Part shown: positions 9,447 to 21,400 of the stretch, in pieces | How the letters are laid out: every line of letters begins with the position of its first letter | Position numbering within the stretch: the stretch's first letter is position 1 | Virus record (IMG/VR): IMGVR_UViG_3300030202_001124 | Coordinates: 1-62,321 of that record | Source of the DNA: a virus | Taxonomy: Duplodnaviria; Caudoviricetes | Direction: 5' to 3' (one strand) | DNA length: 62,321 nucleotides | Position numbers and translations under genes: made by a program | The notes under the pieces: generated by a model | What the model was told of the DNA's origin: nothing | Database searches by the model: none | Seen by the model: only the letters and a program-made list of their open reading frames with translations

Positions 9447-11878
9447 AAAAAGTAGACATAAATATTCAGGCTGCTGCATTCCCAGATCAATTTGTTTCTG
9501 ATGCTACTAAAGACACTATGGAGTATGGTTTACAGATAGGTCAAGCGATACAATACGAATGGTTTAGAAGAGATAATGGCTCTTGTAGATTTTATGATCA
9601 ATGGGGTGAATTTATGCGTTTAAGATTATACGCTAGAGGAGAGCAGTCAATAGCCAAGTACAAAAACGAATTAGCAATAGATGGTGATTTAAGCTATCTT
9701 AATTTAGACTGGACACCAGTCCCTATTATACCAAAGTTTGTAGACATCGTAGTTAACGGAATGTCTGACAGACTTTTTAAAGTTAAGGCTCACGCTGAAG
9801 ATGCAATGTCGGCTGAAAAAAGAAATGAATTTCAAAAAGCAATTGAAGGAGAGGTTCTTGCTAAACCATTGTTTGAGCAAATTGAAACAGATTTTGGTAT
9901 AAATGTTTTTGAAACTAATCAAGATGATTTGCCAGAAAATGATGAGGAGATGGAATTGTTTATGCAAATGAAATATAAACCAGCTATTGAGATAGCAGAA
10001 GAAGAAGCTATTAATGTTCTTTTTGAAGAAAATCATTATAATGACACTAGAAGTAGGGTTGATTATGATTTAACTACTATTGGTTTAGGTATTACTAAGC
10101 ATGAGTTTTTGCCAGGACAAGGTGTAAAAGTTGATTATGTTGATCCTGCAAATGTTGTTTACAGTTACACAGAAGATCCTTTTTTTAAAGATTGTTTTTA
10201 TTGGGGTGAAATTAAAACTGTTCCTATGACAGAATTAATAAAAATAGATCCTACTTTAACAAATGAAGATTTAGAAGAAATTGCTCAGTCAAGTCAGTCA
10301 TGGTATAATTATTTTAATACCGCTCAGTTTTATGAAAACAGTATGTTCTATAGAGATACTGCTACTTTGATGTATTTTAATTACAAAACTACACACTCGT
10401 TTGTTTACAAAAGAAAAAAACTTTCAGATGGTACATATAAAACTGTAGAAAAAGACGATCAATTTAATCCACCAGAAGAAATGATGGAAGAAGGTAATTT
10501 TGAAAAAGTTACAAAAAGAATTGATGTTTGGTACACTGGAGTTATGGTGATGGGGACTAATATTTTATTAGAGTGGAAGTTAGCGGAAAATATGGTAAGG
10601 CCTAAATCAGCAAATCAGTTTGCAATGCCTAATTATGTGGCATGTGCACCTAGAATGTATAAAGGTCAATTAGAGTCTTTAGTAAAAAGAATGGTTCCAT
10701 TTGCAGATTTAATTCAAATGACTCATTTAAAAATACAACAAGTAGTTTCAAGAGTTGTGCCAGATGGTGTGTTTATTGATGCCGATGGTCTGAATGAGGT
10801 GGATTTAGGAACTGGAAATGCTTACAATCCTGAAGACGCTTTAAGGTTATATTTTCAAACAGGTAGCGTAGTGGGGCGAAGCTTTACCCAAGATGGAGAA
10901 TTTAATAACGCTAGAGTTCCTATTACACAACTTACTTCAAATAGTGGAGCCAGTAAAATGCAAATGTTGATTGCTAATTACAATCATTATTTAGATATGA
11001 TTCGAGCAGTCACTGGTTTAAATGAGGCTAGAGATGGGTCTACTCCAGATCCTAATTCACTTGTAGGGGTTCAAAAACTTGCTGCATTAAATTCAAATAC
11101 TGCTACTCGACATATTCTTCAAGGTAGTTTATATATAACTAGAACAATTGCAGAATGTTTATCAATTAGAACAGCTGATATTTTGGAATATGCTGATTTT
11201 AAGGATGAATTTATTATGCAGATTGGGAAATATAATACTAGAATATTAGAAGAAATTAAAGATTTGTATTTATATGACTTTGGGATATTTATAGAAATGG
11301 CTCCAGACGAAGAAGAAAAAGCTATGTTGGAACAGAATATACAAATGGCTTTATCAAAACAAGATATTAATTTAGAAGATGCAATAGATATCAGAGAAAT
11401 TAATAATCTTAAAATGGCTAATCAATTGCTTAAATTAAAAAGAAAACAAAAGCAGGAAATGGAGCAGGAGCAAAAGATGCAAGAACAACAAATGCAAGCT
11501 CAAATGCAAATGCAGGCGCAGCAAGCACAAGCACAATTAGAGTCTCAAAAAATACAAATGGAATCGCAAGCTAAAATTCAATACAGACAAGCTGATGTTG
11601 CGTTTGAAATTGAAAAAATGAAAAATGAGGCTGAATTAAAAAGGCAATTAATGCAAACTGAGTTTGAGTTTCAAATGCAAATAAAAGGAATGGAACAAAC
11701 AAACTTAAGTCAAAGAGAGCAAAATAGAGAAAAGGCAAAAGATGATAGGGTTAGCTTACAGTCTACTGAGCAATCTAAATTAATTGAACAGCGTAAAAAT
11801 AATTTACCACCAATTAACTTTGAGTCTAATGAAGATAGTTTAGATGGTTTTGATTTAGCTGAATTTGAGCCTAGATAA
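9443..11878 (+). CDS. Portal protein
   Basis: 811 aa directly after terL, Gln-rich coiled-coil C-terminus typical of podovirus portals. Confidence 0.8.
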   Translation: MKKVDINIQAAAFPDQFVSDATKDTMEYGLQIGQAIQYEWFRRDNGSCRFYDQWGEFMRLRLYARGEQSIAKYKNELAIDGDLSYLNLDWTPVPIIPKFVDIVVNGMSDRLFKVKAHAEDAMSAEKRNEFQKAIEGEVLAKPLFEQIETDFGINVFETNQDDLPENDEEMELFMQMKYKPAIEIAEEEAINVLFEENHYNDTRSRVDYDLTTIGLGITKHEFLPGQGVKVDYVDPANVVYSYTEDPFFKDCFYWGEIKTVPMTELIKIDPTLTNEDLEEIAQSSQSWYNYFNTAQFYENSMFYRDTATLMYFNYKTTHSFVYKRKKLSDGTYKTVEKDDQFNPPEEMMEEGNFEKVTKRIDVWYTGVMVMGTNILLEWKLAENMVRPKSANQFAMPNYVACAPRMYKGQLESLVKRMVPFADLIQMTHLKIQQVVSRVVPDGVFIDADGLNEVDLGTGNAYNPEDALRLYFQTGSVVGRSFTQDGEFNNARVPITQLTSNSGASKMQMLIANYNHYLDMIRAVTGLNEARDGSTPDPNSLVGVQKLAALNSNTATRHILQGSLYITRTIAECLSIRTADILEYADFKDEFIMQIGKYNTRILEEIKDLYLYDFGIFIEMAPDEEEKAMLEQNIQMALSKQDINLEDAIDIREINNLKMANQLLKLKRKQKQEMEQEQKMQEQQMQAQMQMQAQQAQAQLESQKIQMESQAKIQYRQADVAFEIEKMKNEAELKRQLMQTEFEFQMQIKGMEQTNLSQREQNREKAKDDRVSLQSTEQSKLIEQRKNNLPPINFESNEDSLDGFDLAEFEPR

Positions 11879-12414
11879 TGTTTGATAATTTTAGTATACA
11901 AAAATATAAAACTTTAAAACATCCACCTAGTTCATCTTTAAAAACGCTGAGTGAAATTAAATTTTTAAAATCTAAACAAATAAACGCAGGGTTTGCACAA
12001 AAGTATAATAATATTCAAAGGGTGTTTAAAGATTTGTTCAATAATAAATCTAGAAAATATCCATCTGAGCTTGTAGCTAACTTAATTAAAGAAAGCTCAA
12101 AACCTATTTTAAAAATAAAAAACTACCATAATAGAGAAAGGCCAAATGTTGTAGCAGAAAAATATGGTATAAATTTGCCTTATGTAAAAATGTCCTCAGC
12201 TCAAACTCCTTCATTTCCATCAGGACATTCAGCGCAAGCTTTTTTAATAAAAGAAGTTTTGACTGATATGTATCCTGAAATGAATTCTTTATTTGTTAAG
12301 GCAGCTGACAATATTTCGAAAAGCAGGATTATTGCGAACGTACATTATAATTCAGATAAAGTTGTTGGTGAGCGACTTGGTATTGATTTATATAATCACT
12401 TAAAAAATATATAA
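11878..12414 (+). CDS. PAP2/acid-phosphatase (haloperoxidase) superfamily protein
   Basis: All three motifs present: KNYHNRERP, PSFPSGH, SRIIANVHYNSD. Confidence 0.8.
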   Translation: MFDNFSIQKYKTLKHPPSSSLKTLSEIKFLKSKQINAGFAQKYNNIQRVFKDLFNNKSRKYPSELVANLIKESSKPILKIKNYHNRERPNVVAEKYGINLPYVKMSSAQTPSFPSGHSAQAFLIKEVLTDMYPEMNSLFVKAADNISKSRIIANVHYNSDKVVGERLGIDLYNHLKNI

Positions 12415-12447
12415 ATTTTTGTTTAACTTTACAAAAAATATAATCTA

Positions 12448-13584
12448 ATGGAAATCAAAGTAAAAGACTTAGGGGCGGTCAAAGAAAAGTCTCGTGCAGA
12501 AATCGAAGAACAATTACTTCAAAAACATGAAGAAAAATTTGAAGACACTGCAAAACCTACTGAAAATGTAGAAAAGGTTGAAGTAGAAAAAGAAATACCA
12601 GTTGCAGAAGAACCTGTTGCTGTTGAAAAAGAAAACACTCCCGTGCCAGAGTTAAATGACACAGACGTTCTTTCTTATATTAAAGATAGATACAACAAAG
12701 ATATAAATTCTGTTGACGAACTATTTGCGGAAAAAGAGGCAAATGAAGAATTACCAGAAGATGTATCTGCGTATTTTAAGTACAAAAAAGAAACTGGTCG
12801 TGGTATTGAAGACTTTTACAATTTACAAAAAGACTACAGTAACATGGACGAAGACGATGTACTAGCTAATTATTATTCTGCAACTGAAGAGGGGTTGGAT
12901 GCTATAGATATCCAAGATATCATAATAGATAAATTCAGTGTTGACGATGATGTTGACGACCCTAAAGACGTTAAAAGAATAAGGTTAGCAAAAAAAAGAG
13001 AACTTGCGAAAGCTAAAAAGTTTTTGAATGAACAAAAAGATAAATATAAAATTCCGCTTGAGTCGAGTGGGGATGGATTATCTGCTGAACAACAAGAAAA
13101 TTTAAATGCTTATAAAAGTTACATTGAGGAATCTCAAACTGTTGAGGAAAGGCAAAAGAAAAGGTATGATTATTTTTTAAATAAAACTAGTGAAGTTTTT
13201 AACAACGAATTCAAAGGTTTTGATTTCAAGGTTGGAGAAAATAATATTACTTATAAACCTGGGACTTCTGACGAACTTAAAAATGTTCAATCCGACATAA
13301 ATAATTTTGTCGGTAAATTTATGGACAAAGAAGGTTTAATTTCAGATGCACAAGGTTATCATCGTTCAATGGCGGTAGCTATGAACCCTGAGAAGTTTGC
13401 TCAATTTTTCTACGATCAAGGTGTCACAAACGCTGTAGATAATGTTTCTAGAAAATCTAAAAATATTAACATGGATATGCGACAGGCTCCCCAAACCGTT
13501 TCTAAAGACGGAATGAAAATAAGGCCAGTAGGAAATACTGATAGTGGAAGAGGACTTAAAATTAGAAGTATTAAAAGAAGTTAA
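12448..13584 (+). CDS. Capsid scaffolding protein
   Basis: Acidic, coiled-coil, located between portal and major capsid gene. Confidence 0.65.
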   Translation: MEIKVKDLGAVKEKSRAEIEEQLLQKHEEKFEDTAKPTENVEKVEVEKEIPVAEEPVAVEKENTPVPELNDTDVLSYIKDRYNKDINSVDELFAEKEANEELPEDVSAYFKYKKETGRGIEDFYNLQKDYSNMDEDDVLANYYSATEEGLDAIDIQDIIIDKFSVDDDVDDPKDVKRIRLAKKRELAKAKKFLNEQKDKYKIPLESSGDGLSAEQQENLNAYKSYIEESQTVEERQKKRYDYFLNKTSEVFNNEFKGFDFKVGENNITYKPGTSDELKNVQSDINNFVGKFMDKEGLISDAQGYHRSMAVAMNPEKFAQFFYDQGVTNAVDNVSRKSKNINMDMRQAPQTVSKDGMKIRPVGNTDSGRGLKIRSIKRS

Positions 13585-13606
13585 ACATTATTAAATTATT
13601 AAAATT

Positions 13607-15079
13607 ATGGCAGTAAATGCAATCCCTGGTTTTGATTTGCAACCAAGTTCACAGCAAGTGCCCTTGTCTACAAATTACATTCCTAGCTCAGGTTTTACTT
13701 GGGTACAACAATATCTTCCTGACACTTACGAAAAAGAATTCGAGCGTTATGGAAATAGAACAGTAGCATCATTCTTAAGAATGGTAGGCGCTGAAATGCC
13801 TTCTAATTCTGACCTTATCAAATGGGCAGAACAAGGAAGATTACACACTAAATACGTCAACTGTACTTCGGGAGGAGCTGCGGGCGTAGATGCTGGTGTA
13901 TGGACAATCAACAATGCTCTTGAAAATTTCAACCCTGCATTAGCTGGAACTCCAAACCAAGCGTCTCTTAGAGTGGGACAAACTGTAGTTATTTCTGACA
14001 AAACTGTTGGATCTAATTTACAAAACAAAGGTATAATTACTGTAGCTCCTACAGCTGCTAATCCAAATGTAGTAACAATAGCTTACTATGAAGCAGGAGG
14101 ACAAGCAATGGCTGCTGGAGTAAATTGTGATATCTTTATTTATGGTTCTGAATTTAACAAAGGAACTAACGGTATGGTAGGTTCTAACGATGCAGATGAC
14201 TTCATCTTTGAGAACAAACCAATTATCATAAAAGATAAATACCAAGTTTCAGGATCTGATATGGCTCAAATAGGTTGGATAGAAATTACAACTGAAAATG
14301 GCGCTAGCGGATATTTATGGTACTTAAAATCTGAGCATGAAACAAGACTTAGATTTGAAGATTATTTAGAAACTGCTATGCTAGAAGCTGTACCTGCTGC
14401 TGCTGGTTCTGGAGCGGCATCTTACCTGCAAAATGGTGGTGTTGGTTTAGGAGCTGCTGGTGTTGCAAACCTTAATGGTTCTGACGGTGTATTTTTCGTA
14501 GTTGGAAATAGAGGAAATGTATTTGGTGGTGGTAACCCACAAAACCTAGCTGCATTTGATTCTATTATCCAAAGACTAGATAAGCAAGGAGCTATAGAAG
14601 AAAATGTAATTTTCTGTAATAGACAATTTTCATTTGATATGGACGATATGTTAGCTGCACAAAACTCTCACGGAGCGGGTGGTACATCGTATGGTTTATT
14701 TGACAATGATAAGGATATGGCTTTAAATCTTGGATTTACAGGATTTAGAAGAGGTTATGATTTCTATAAGTCTGACTGGAAATATCTTAACGATCCTACT
14801 ATGAGAGGTGGTGTTAGTGCTGGCGCAATCAACGGGCTTTTAGTTCCTGCTGGTTCAACTACAGTTTATGACCAAATCTTAGGTAAGAATGCTAAGAGAC
14901 CTTTCTTACATGTTAGATATAGAGCTTCAGAAACTGAAGACAGAAGATACAAAACTTGGATTACTGGTTCAGCTGGTGGCGCAAGAACTTCTGACTTGGA
15001 TGCGATGGAAGTAAACTTCCTATCAGAAAGAGCTGTATGTACTTTAGGTGCAAACAACTTCTTCTTATTCCAAAACTAG
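13607..15079 (+). CDS. Major capsid protein
   Basis: 490 aa after the scaffold, Gly/Ala-rich, followed by a strong terminator; resembles flavobacterial podophage capsids. Confidence 0.8.
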   Translation: MAVNAIPGFDLQPSSQQVPLSTNYIPSSGFTWVQQYLPDTYEKEFERYGNRTVASFLRMVGAEMPSNSDLIKWAEQGRLHTKYVNCTSGGAAGVDAGVWTINNALENFNPALAGTPNQASLRVGQTVVISDKTVGSNLQNKGIITVAPTAANPNVVTIAYYEAGGQAMAAGVNCDIFIYGSEFNKGTNGMVGSNDADDFIFENKPIIIKDKYQVSGSDMAQIGWIEITTENGASGYLWYLKSEHETRLRFEDYLETAMLEAVPAAAGSGAASYLQNGGVGLGAAGVANLNGSDGVFFVVGNRGNVFGGGNPQNLAAFDSIIQRLDKQGAIEENVIFCNRQFSFDMDDMLAAQNSHGAGGTSYGLFDNDKDMALNLGFTGFRRGYDFYKSDWKYLNDPTMRGGVSAGAINGLLVPAGSTTVYDQILGKNAKRPFLHVRYRASETEDRRYKTWITGSAGGARTSDLDAMEVNFLSERAVCTLGANNFFLFQN

Positions 15080-15095
15080 AATTACCTTAAAGTTT

Positions 15096-15131
15096 ATCTC
15101 CGTCTTCGGACGGAGGTACTCTTTATTTTTT
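15096..15131 (+). terminator. Intrinsic terminator after capsid gene
   Basis: CTCCGTC-TTCG-GACGGAG hairpin (cUUCGg tetraloop) followed by a T-rich tract. Confidence 0.8.
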
Positions 15132-15156
15132 ATAAATCAAATTAAATTATATTATA

Positions 15157-15909
15157 ATGAAAAAAAAGAATACCCAATTAGTAGATAAAGCATACAGACT
15201 AACTAGAGAAGAAAGACCTCTTTCTTATATGCTATCATCACGACACTCAGTAAGATCACCTTTATTATATTTTGACGAAGAACAAGGTGTTAATCGTCCT
15301 TTAAGATATGCAAGAAACCAAAAAACTCCTTTTGAAGATGAGCAAGATGGAAACGCTATTTTAGAGCCTGTTGTTTTTGAAGACGGGATGTTATTTGTCC
15401 CAAGAGAAAATCAAATACTTCAAAAGTTTTTGCATTATCATCCAGGTAACGGAATGGTATTTCAAGAAATAAATAAAGCTGACGATGCTGCTGTTGAATT
15501 AGAACATGTTGAATTAGAGATTGACGCACAAGTTTTAGCAAAAGATTTGTCTACTGAAAAATTAATTTCAGTGTGCAGGATACTTATGGGCAATCAGTCT
15601 AACAACATGACAACACCAGAATTAAAAAGAGATATACTTATCTATGCCAAAAACTATCCAGAGGATTTTATTGATACAGTAAACGATCCTATGTTAGAAA
15701 TGCAAAATGAAGTACATCAATTTTTTGATGCAGGTTTTTTAAGTTTAAGAAACAACAATAAAGATGTTTATTACAACTTGCCTGGAAACAAAAAGAAAAT
15801 GTTGACAGTACCTTTTAATGAAGATCCGTACACAATAACAACATCGTATTTAAAAAGTGATGAAGGTATTGAAGCGTACAAGTTCTTGAAGAAGCGCTTA
15901 AAAAAATAA
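15157..15909 (+). CDS. Hypothetical protein of the head module
   Basis: 250-aa ORF in the structural operon. Confidence 0.7.
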   Translation: MKKKNTQLVDKAYRLTREERPLSYMLSSRHSVRSPLLYFDEEQGVNRPLRYARNQKTPFEDEQDGNAILEPVVFEDGMLFVPRENQILQKFLHYHPGNGMVFQEINKADDAAVELEHVELEIDAQVLAKDLSTEKLISVCRILMGNQSNNMTTPELKRDILIYAKNYPEDFIDTVNDPMLEMQNEVHQFFDAGFLSLRNNNKDVYYNLPGNKKKMLTVPFNEDPYTITTSYLKSDEGIEAYKFLKKRLKK

Positions 15910-15921
15910 ATAAATAAAGAT

Positions 15922-15929
15922 TATCTTTG
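15922..15929 (+). promoter_or_regulatory. -7 promoter box TATCTTTG
   Basis: TAnnTTTG upstream of the ATG at 15960. Confidence 0.55.
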
Positions 15930-15959
15930 TTGTTTATTAACCCATTAACATTATTACCT

Positions 15960-16385
15960 ATGGAAAAATTTATTAAACTATTTATATCAGGCAGCGGACA
16001 AGATGTTGGATATAAACTAATCCCCGTGAATGGAATCATGGAGATTAAACAAGAAAGCACAACAAAAGTTAACATTTTTTACAATGAACTTTCTAGCGCA
16101 CAGGCAGCTGGCTCTATTAATTATGGAGCTGACGCAAGTCAAACAGTACCTGCTGTAACTAATGTAGTGCAGTCTTTTGAAATTACTCATGATGCAATTG
16201 CAGCTAATACTTCTTCATGGAAAGATTTCTTAAATGAGGCGGTAGAAACATCACTTACGCTTTCATGGCAACAACCAGTTCACACACCATTAGGATATCC
16301 TAAGAGTGCTGCATCTGGTAACCCACCTTCTACAATCACTGGAATTGTATCAGGCGTTAAGGCAGCTGGATTACAGACCACATAA
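15960..16385 (+). CDS. Putative structural/decoration protein (likely start MEKFIK at 15960)
   Basis: Has its own promoter box and terminator; the tracked TTG start at 15927 overlaps the promoter. Confidence 0.6.
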   Translation: MEKFIKLFISGSGQDVGYKLIPVNGIMEIKQESTTKVNIFYNELSSAQAAGSINYGADASQTVPAVTNVVQSFEITHDAIAANTSSWKDFLNEAVETSLTLSWQQPVHTPLGYPKSAASGNPPSTITGIVSGVKAAGLQTT

Positions 16386-16404
16386 GTTTTTTACTTATTA
16401 AATT

Positions 16405-16440
16405 AAAGAGGGGTTACAAAAAAGTAACCTCTTTTTTTTT
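16405..16440 (+). terminator. Intrinsic terminator
   Basis: AGAGGGGTTAC-AAAAAA-GTAACCTCT hairpin plus T9 run. Confidence 0.8.
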
Positions 16441-16443
16441 GAC

Positions 16444-16451
16444 TATATTTG
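16444..16451 (+). promoter_or_regulatory. -7 promoter box TATATTTG
   Basis: TAnnTTTG directly after the terminator and before ORF 16467. Confidence 0.65.
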
Positions 16452-16466
16452 TAAAAACAATTTGAG

Positions 16467-17477
16467 ATGATTAACTCAGTTAGAAATACAGTTTTAGCTA
16501 TAGCAAATAAAAATAATTATGGATACATAGCTCCACAGGATTTTAATCTATATGCGCAACAAGCGCAAATGGATATGTTTGAAGATTATTTTTATCAGTA
16601 TAATAGCTGGATAGTAAAACAAAACCAAAGAGTTTCAGGAACAGGATATGCTGATATAGTAAAAAGTTTAGTAGAAGTTATAGATAGTTTTTCTGTAACT
16701 AAAGGCTTGTTGAAACAAGGAAACAACATGTACTACTTGCCTGAAGATTACTATTATATTAATAAAATAAACTACTACCCTAATTTTATAGTATCAGGAA
16801 CTAACAATATGAACACTGTAGTTAATCAAGTAGGAGATTCTAACTCTACTTTTATAACAAGCGGGGTTTTACCAGGACAAATAATAGTTAACACTACAGC
16901 AGGTAGTACTTATAAAGGTTTTAGTGCTTATGTGGTTAGTGTAGATAGCCAGACTCAATTAACATTGAGTACAAATATATTACCAGTTGCTAATCCAGCC
17001 GCTGCTAGTGGAAACACTTTTTCTATATTTACTACTAATGGTATTGTAGAGGCTGAAAGAGTAAATCAAAATAAAATATTTTATTTAAACAATTCACCTT
17101 TAACAGCACCATCTACTGGATATCCAGCATATGTGCTAGGAGGCGCAACTAGTGGTATTACAGGAGTTTCTACAACAGGAAAGTTGGGTAACAGTATATC
17201 TATGTATCCCTCTACATTAACAACAGAAGGTTCAATAATAACTGAATATGTAAGATATCCATTACCTCCAAACTGGACGTATGCTACAGTGTTAGCAGGT
17301 GGCGCTCCAGTGTTTAATTCGGCGGCAGCGGATTATCAAGATTTTGAATTACCATTATCAGATGAGCCTGCGATTGTAGCTAAAATTTGTAAATACATAG
17401 GTATTGAAATTAGAGAGGCAGATGTTTATCAATTTGGTCAAGCAGAAATAGCAGAAGATAATCAAACACAAGGATAA
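16467..17477 (+). CDS. Head-tail adaptor / tail tubular-like protein
   Basis: Position after the head genes; YVRYP..P.W and DFELP motifs of adaptor-like proteins; inference. Confidence 0.55.
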   Translation: MINSVRNTVLAIANKNNYGYIAPQDFNLYAQQAQMDMFEDYFYQYNSWIVKQNQRVSGTGYADIVKSLVEVIDSFSVTKGLLKQGNNMYYLPEDYYYINKINYYPNFIVSGTNNMNTVVNQVGDSNSTFITSGVLPGQIIVNTTAGSTYKGFSAYVVSVDSQTQLTLSTNILPVANPAAASGNTFSIFTTNGIVEAERVNQNKIFYLNNSPLTAPSTGYPAYVLGGATSGITGVSTTGKLGNSISMYPSTLTTEGSIITEYVRYPLPPNWTYATVLAGGAPVFNSAAADYQDFELPLSDEPAIVAKICKYIGIEIREADVYQFGQAEIAEDNQTQG

Positions 17478-17480
17478 GAT

Positions 17481-18401
17481 ATGGCATATATAAATGATTA
17501 CGCATATTACACAAACTCAGGAAATGTTCCTGAAGCAAAAAATTGGGGATCTTACCAATATGTTTCTTTAAACGATATAGTTAATAATTTTATATTAATG
17601 TATCAAGGGAATAATTCTCTTATTAATAACATTGAAAGATATCAAGTATTGTTTCATGCAAAAAGAGGTATTCAAGAATTGAATTACGACGCAATGAAAG
17701 AAATTAAGATATTGCAAATGGATTTAGGGGAAGAGTTGAAGTTTATTCTACCACATGACTATGTTAATTGGGTAAGAATCTCTGAATTTGTAAATGGAGT
17801 TTTACTACCATTAACAGAAAATATTCAAACAGGTTGGGCTTCTACTTACTTACAAGATAATGATGGTAAAATTATATATGATCAAGATGGTAATGTTTTA
17901 AAACCACAAGATTCTCCATTAGATTTATCATTTAGAAGCGGAGAAACAAGTATATACTTAAACGCTGATAGTCCTTATGATGGTCAAGAAGGTTATAATG
18001 TGGATGGATGTTGGTATTTTGATTTTGCAATAGGAAGCAGGTTTGGTTTAAATACAGAAACTGCCAATATAAATAAAACATTTTCTATAGATAAACAAAG
18101 GGGTGTTATAAATTTTAGCTCTGCACAATCAGCAACCTCTATAGTTTTAGAATATGTTTCTGATGGTATGGAAAGAGGAGTAGATGCTGACATTAGTGTC
18201 AATAAGCTTTTTGAGGAATTTATATACGCATACATTAAGTATTCTATTTTAAATAGCAAGTTGGGTGTTCAAGAGTATATAGTCAATAGAGCTAGAAAAG
18301 ATAAGTCATCTTTACTTAGGAATGCTAAAATAAGATTAAGTAATATTCACCCTGGAAGACTCTTGATGAGCATGAGAGGAAAGGATAAATGGATAAAGTA
18401 A
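17481..18401 (+). CDS. Tail ring/structural protein
   Basis: 306-aa ORF between adaptor and stabilisation protein. Confidence 0.55.
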   Translation: MAYINDYAYYTNSGNVPEAKNWGSYQYVSLNDIVNNFILMYQGNNSLINNIERYQVLFHAKRGIQELNYDAMKEIKILQMDLGEELKFILPHDYVNWVRISEFVNGVLLPLTENIQTGWASTYLQDNDGKIIYDQDGNVLKPQDSPLDLSFRSGETSIYLNADSPYDGQEGYNVDGCWYFDFAIGSRFGLNTETANINKTFSIDKQRGVINFSSAQSATSIVLEYVSDGMERGVDADISVNKLFEEFIYAYIKYSILNSKLGVQEYIVNRARKDKSSLLRNAKIRLSNIHPGRLLMSMRGKDKWIK

Positions 18402-18402
18402 A

Positions 18403-21400
18403 ATGCCAATAGTAACTACAAATTTTATCGCTGGACGAATGAACCAAAGCGTGGATGAAAGATTAGTTCCACCAGGCGAATATGTTTCAGCGACAAACGT
18501 AAGACTAGGAGCAACCGAAACGACTGAAATAGGTGCGTTAGAAAACTCTAAAGGAAACACAAAGTTAACCACGCTTCAATACAATAACGGAACTTTACTT
18601 GCAGCAGACGCTTTATGTATAGGAGCTTTTGATGACGGGGCTAATGAAACCATGTATTGGTTTGTGGCTTCAGACGCAGTGGACATGATTGTATCGTATG
18701 AAGTTAAAACCACGCTAGTAAACTATCATGTAGTAGATACTGGTAATGTTTTAAATTTTGACTCTAAATATCTTATAACAGGTGTAAATAAAATAGGAGA
18801 CTTATTGTTTTTTACTGATGATAAAAATCCTCCTAGAAAAATTAATATTACAAGGTCATATCAAAATGTTACAGCAGCTGATTTAAATGTTATAGTTCAG
18901 CCACCGCTTGCAGCGCCTACTATTACTTTATTTACACAAGCTACTGAAGCAAATTTTATGGAAACTAGAATGATATCTTTTGCTTATAGGTATCAATACC
19001 AAGATGAAGAATATAGTGCGTTATCTCAGTTTACAGATATTGCTTTTGCACCAGGAGTTTTTGCTTACGATCCAGCTACTAACCTTAATAAGGGAATGAT
19101 AAATATTTACAACGCTGTAAATATTGGATTTAATACTGGTAATTCAAATGTGATTGGAGTAGATTTAGTTTTTAAGTTTGCCAACAGCAATATAATTAAT
19201 GTAATAGAAAAATTTAAAAAAGCTGATTTTGGTTGGCCAGATAACTCAACTCAAACTCAAGTATTTACAAACAGTAAAATATATACCACATTACCAGAAA
19301 GTGAGTTATTAAGATTATACGACAATGTGCCATTGATTGCAAAAGCACAAACCATTATGGCTAATAGACTTATATATGGTAATTATGAAGACGGAAGAGA
19401 TGTAGTTGATAGTGATGGTGTTAATTGTAGAATGAATTATGTTGCTGATTTAAATACTGAAGAAATACAAACAGCAGATATTGGAACATCATTAGGAAGT
19501 GGATTAGATTACACAATTGATACCACACAAACAGTAGCCAACTCTACTTTAATTTTAGACTTAGCGGGTGTTAGTACTACTTTAAAATCAGGTGCTGTTT
19601 TTGCAGTTTCTATTTCATATCTAAAAGATAGATATACTGGCAATAATGGAACAGTTACGGGTAATCAAGGATCTACTACAATAGACTTTATATATACATT
19701 GCCTCAAGATTTTTCATCAGTTCAAGAGTTAGCTACTAGCGACTCGTTTAAATCAGCTATACTAACAGGGTTTCAAACAGTTGGAAATTGCGCTACAGGA
19801 ACAACTTTAACAGATTCTTTTAATTGCTCAGTTGAAAACCCTGCTGAAGGAAATCCAGATATAACATGGCAAAAAGATGAGTCAGGAATTACAGGGTTAA
19901 ATCAAGGTATTTTAATATCATCAGGCCCTGGAAGTAATGTTATTACACTACAGCTTCCAGCAATGAGATTTGCTGACATAGAAGGAACAGCGCCTACCCC
20001 ACCTTACCTGTACGCATACTATAAAATTATTAGCTCTAACGCAACTTTTATAGTAAACTCTAGTATACAAAGTTTACATAGTAATAGAAACTACGAAGTG
20101 GGTATAGTGTATATGGATGAATACTTAAGAAGTACTACAGCTTTAGTGTCACAAGGTGTTGACCCTACAGTTTTTGTTCCTGCTAGTAATTCAATATTAC
20201 AAAATAAAATTAAAGTTACTATTCCTACATTTCAAAATCCACCAGTGTGGGCTACAAAATATAAGTTTGTAATAAAAAAAGCTGAAGGGCCTTATGAAAC
20301 TATTTATAGTAATTTTTATTATTCTGATTCAACAGACAATTCTATTTATTTTAAGCTAGAAGGTCAAAACCAAAATAAAGTTAAAACAGGAGATATATTA
20401 AGAATAAAGGCTGATAGTTCTGGTGCACTTGCTCAATTAGCAGTTGCAGAAGTCTTGGGGGTTGAAGCTAAAGAACAAAATTTTTTAACACCATCAGCAA
20501 ATGTAAGAAGTAGCGATAACTCTGTAGAGCCTTATATCGCTGAACTACCTGGGTTATATATGCAAATGAAACCTACATCGTTTTCAGTTGACACATCAGG
20601 AGACACAACTTTTTTTGATAGCGGACGAAGAACTACTTGTAGAAAATCAAGCAATGGCTTTCCTGGCATTCAACTTCCATGTTTTAAAACATCATCTGAT
20701 GGCCAAACAAAAACTAATTTAGCAATACCTGTAGGGAGTATTGTTAATTTTAATATAGAATTAACAAGGATAGGTCAAAATGGTGTAGGTAAAAGATGTG
20801 GAAAAATATTTTACATATACGACAAAACTTTTCAAGCTAGTCAAGATTATAATAATATGTATGATTTTGTTAATGGTGAAAATATAGATTTTAAAGGTGG
20901 TACGTTTACTAATTTTGATGATGGTGGTGATCCTACTATTCAATATATAAATACCATATCAAGCACTAACCCAGCAAGTGTTAGGGGAGTTCATCAATTT
21001 AAATTTATTACAAGCGATGGTCAAGCGCCAGGCAATACAAATGAATTACAATTAGTTGTTATTAGTGGTGTATCAGGATGTTTTGGACAAAAAAATTCGT
21101 GTGCAGATGGAAGGATTACAGTTCAAATTGCAGACTCACTAATGGTTTTCGAAACCACTCCGATTGACATTGACAATGATATATATTACGAAAATGATAC
21201 TTGTTATGACATAACAAACAATCGACATATGTCAGGTTCATCAGCAACAGACCAAAATCAAACTAACCTATTACCAGCTATTGTTAATTTAGGATTTTTT
21301 GATTGTTATGCTTTTGGAAATGGAGTTGAGAGTTTTAAAATAAAAGATTCGTTAGTTGGTCAATCTTTTGATTTAGGGCAAAGAGTAACATCTGTGTCAT

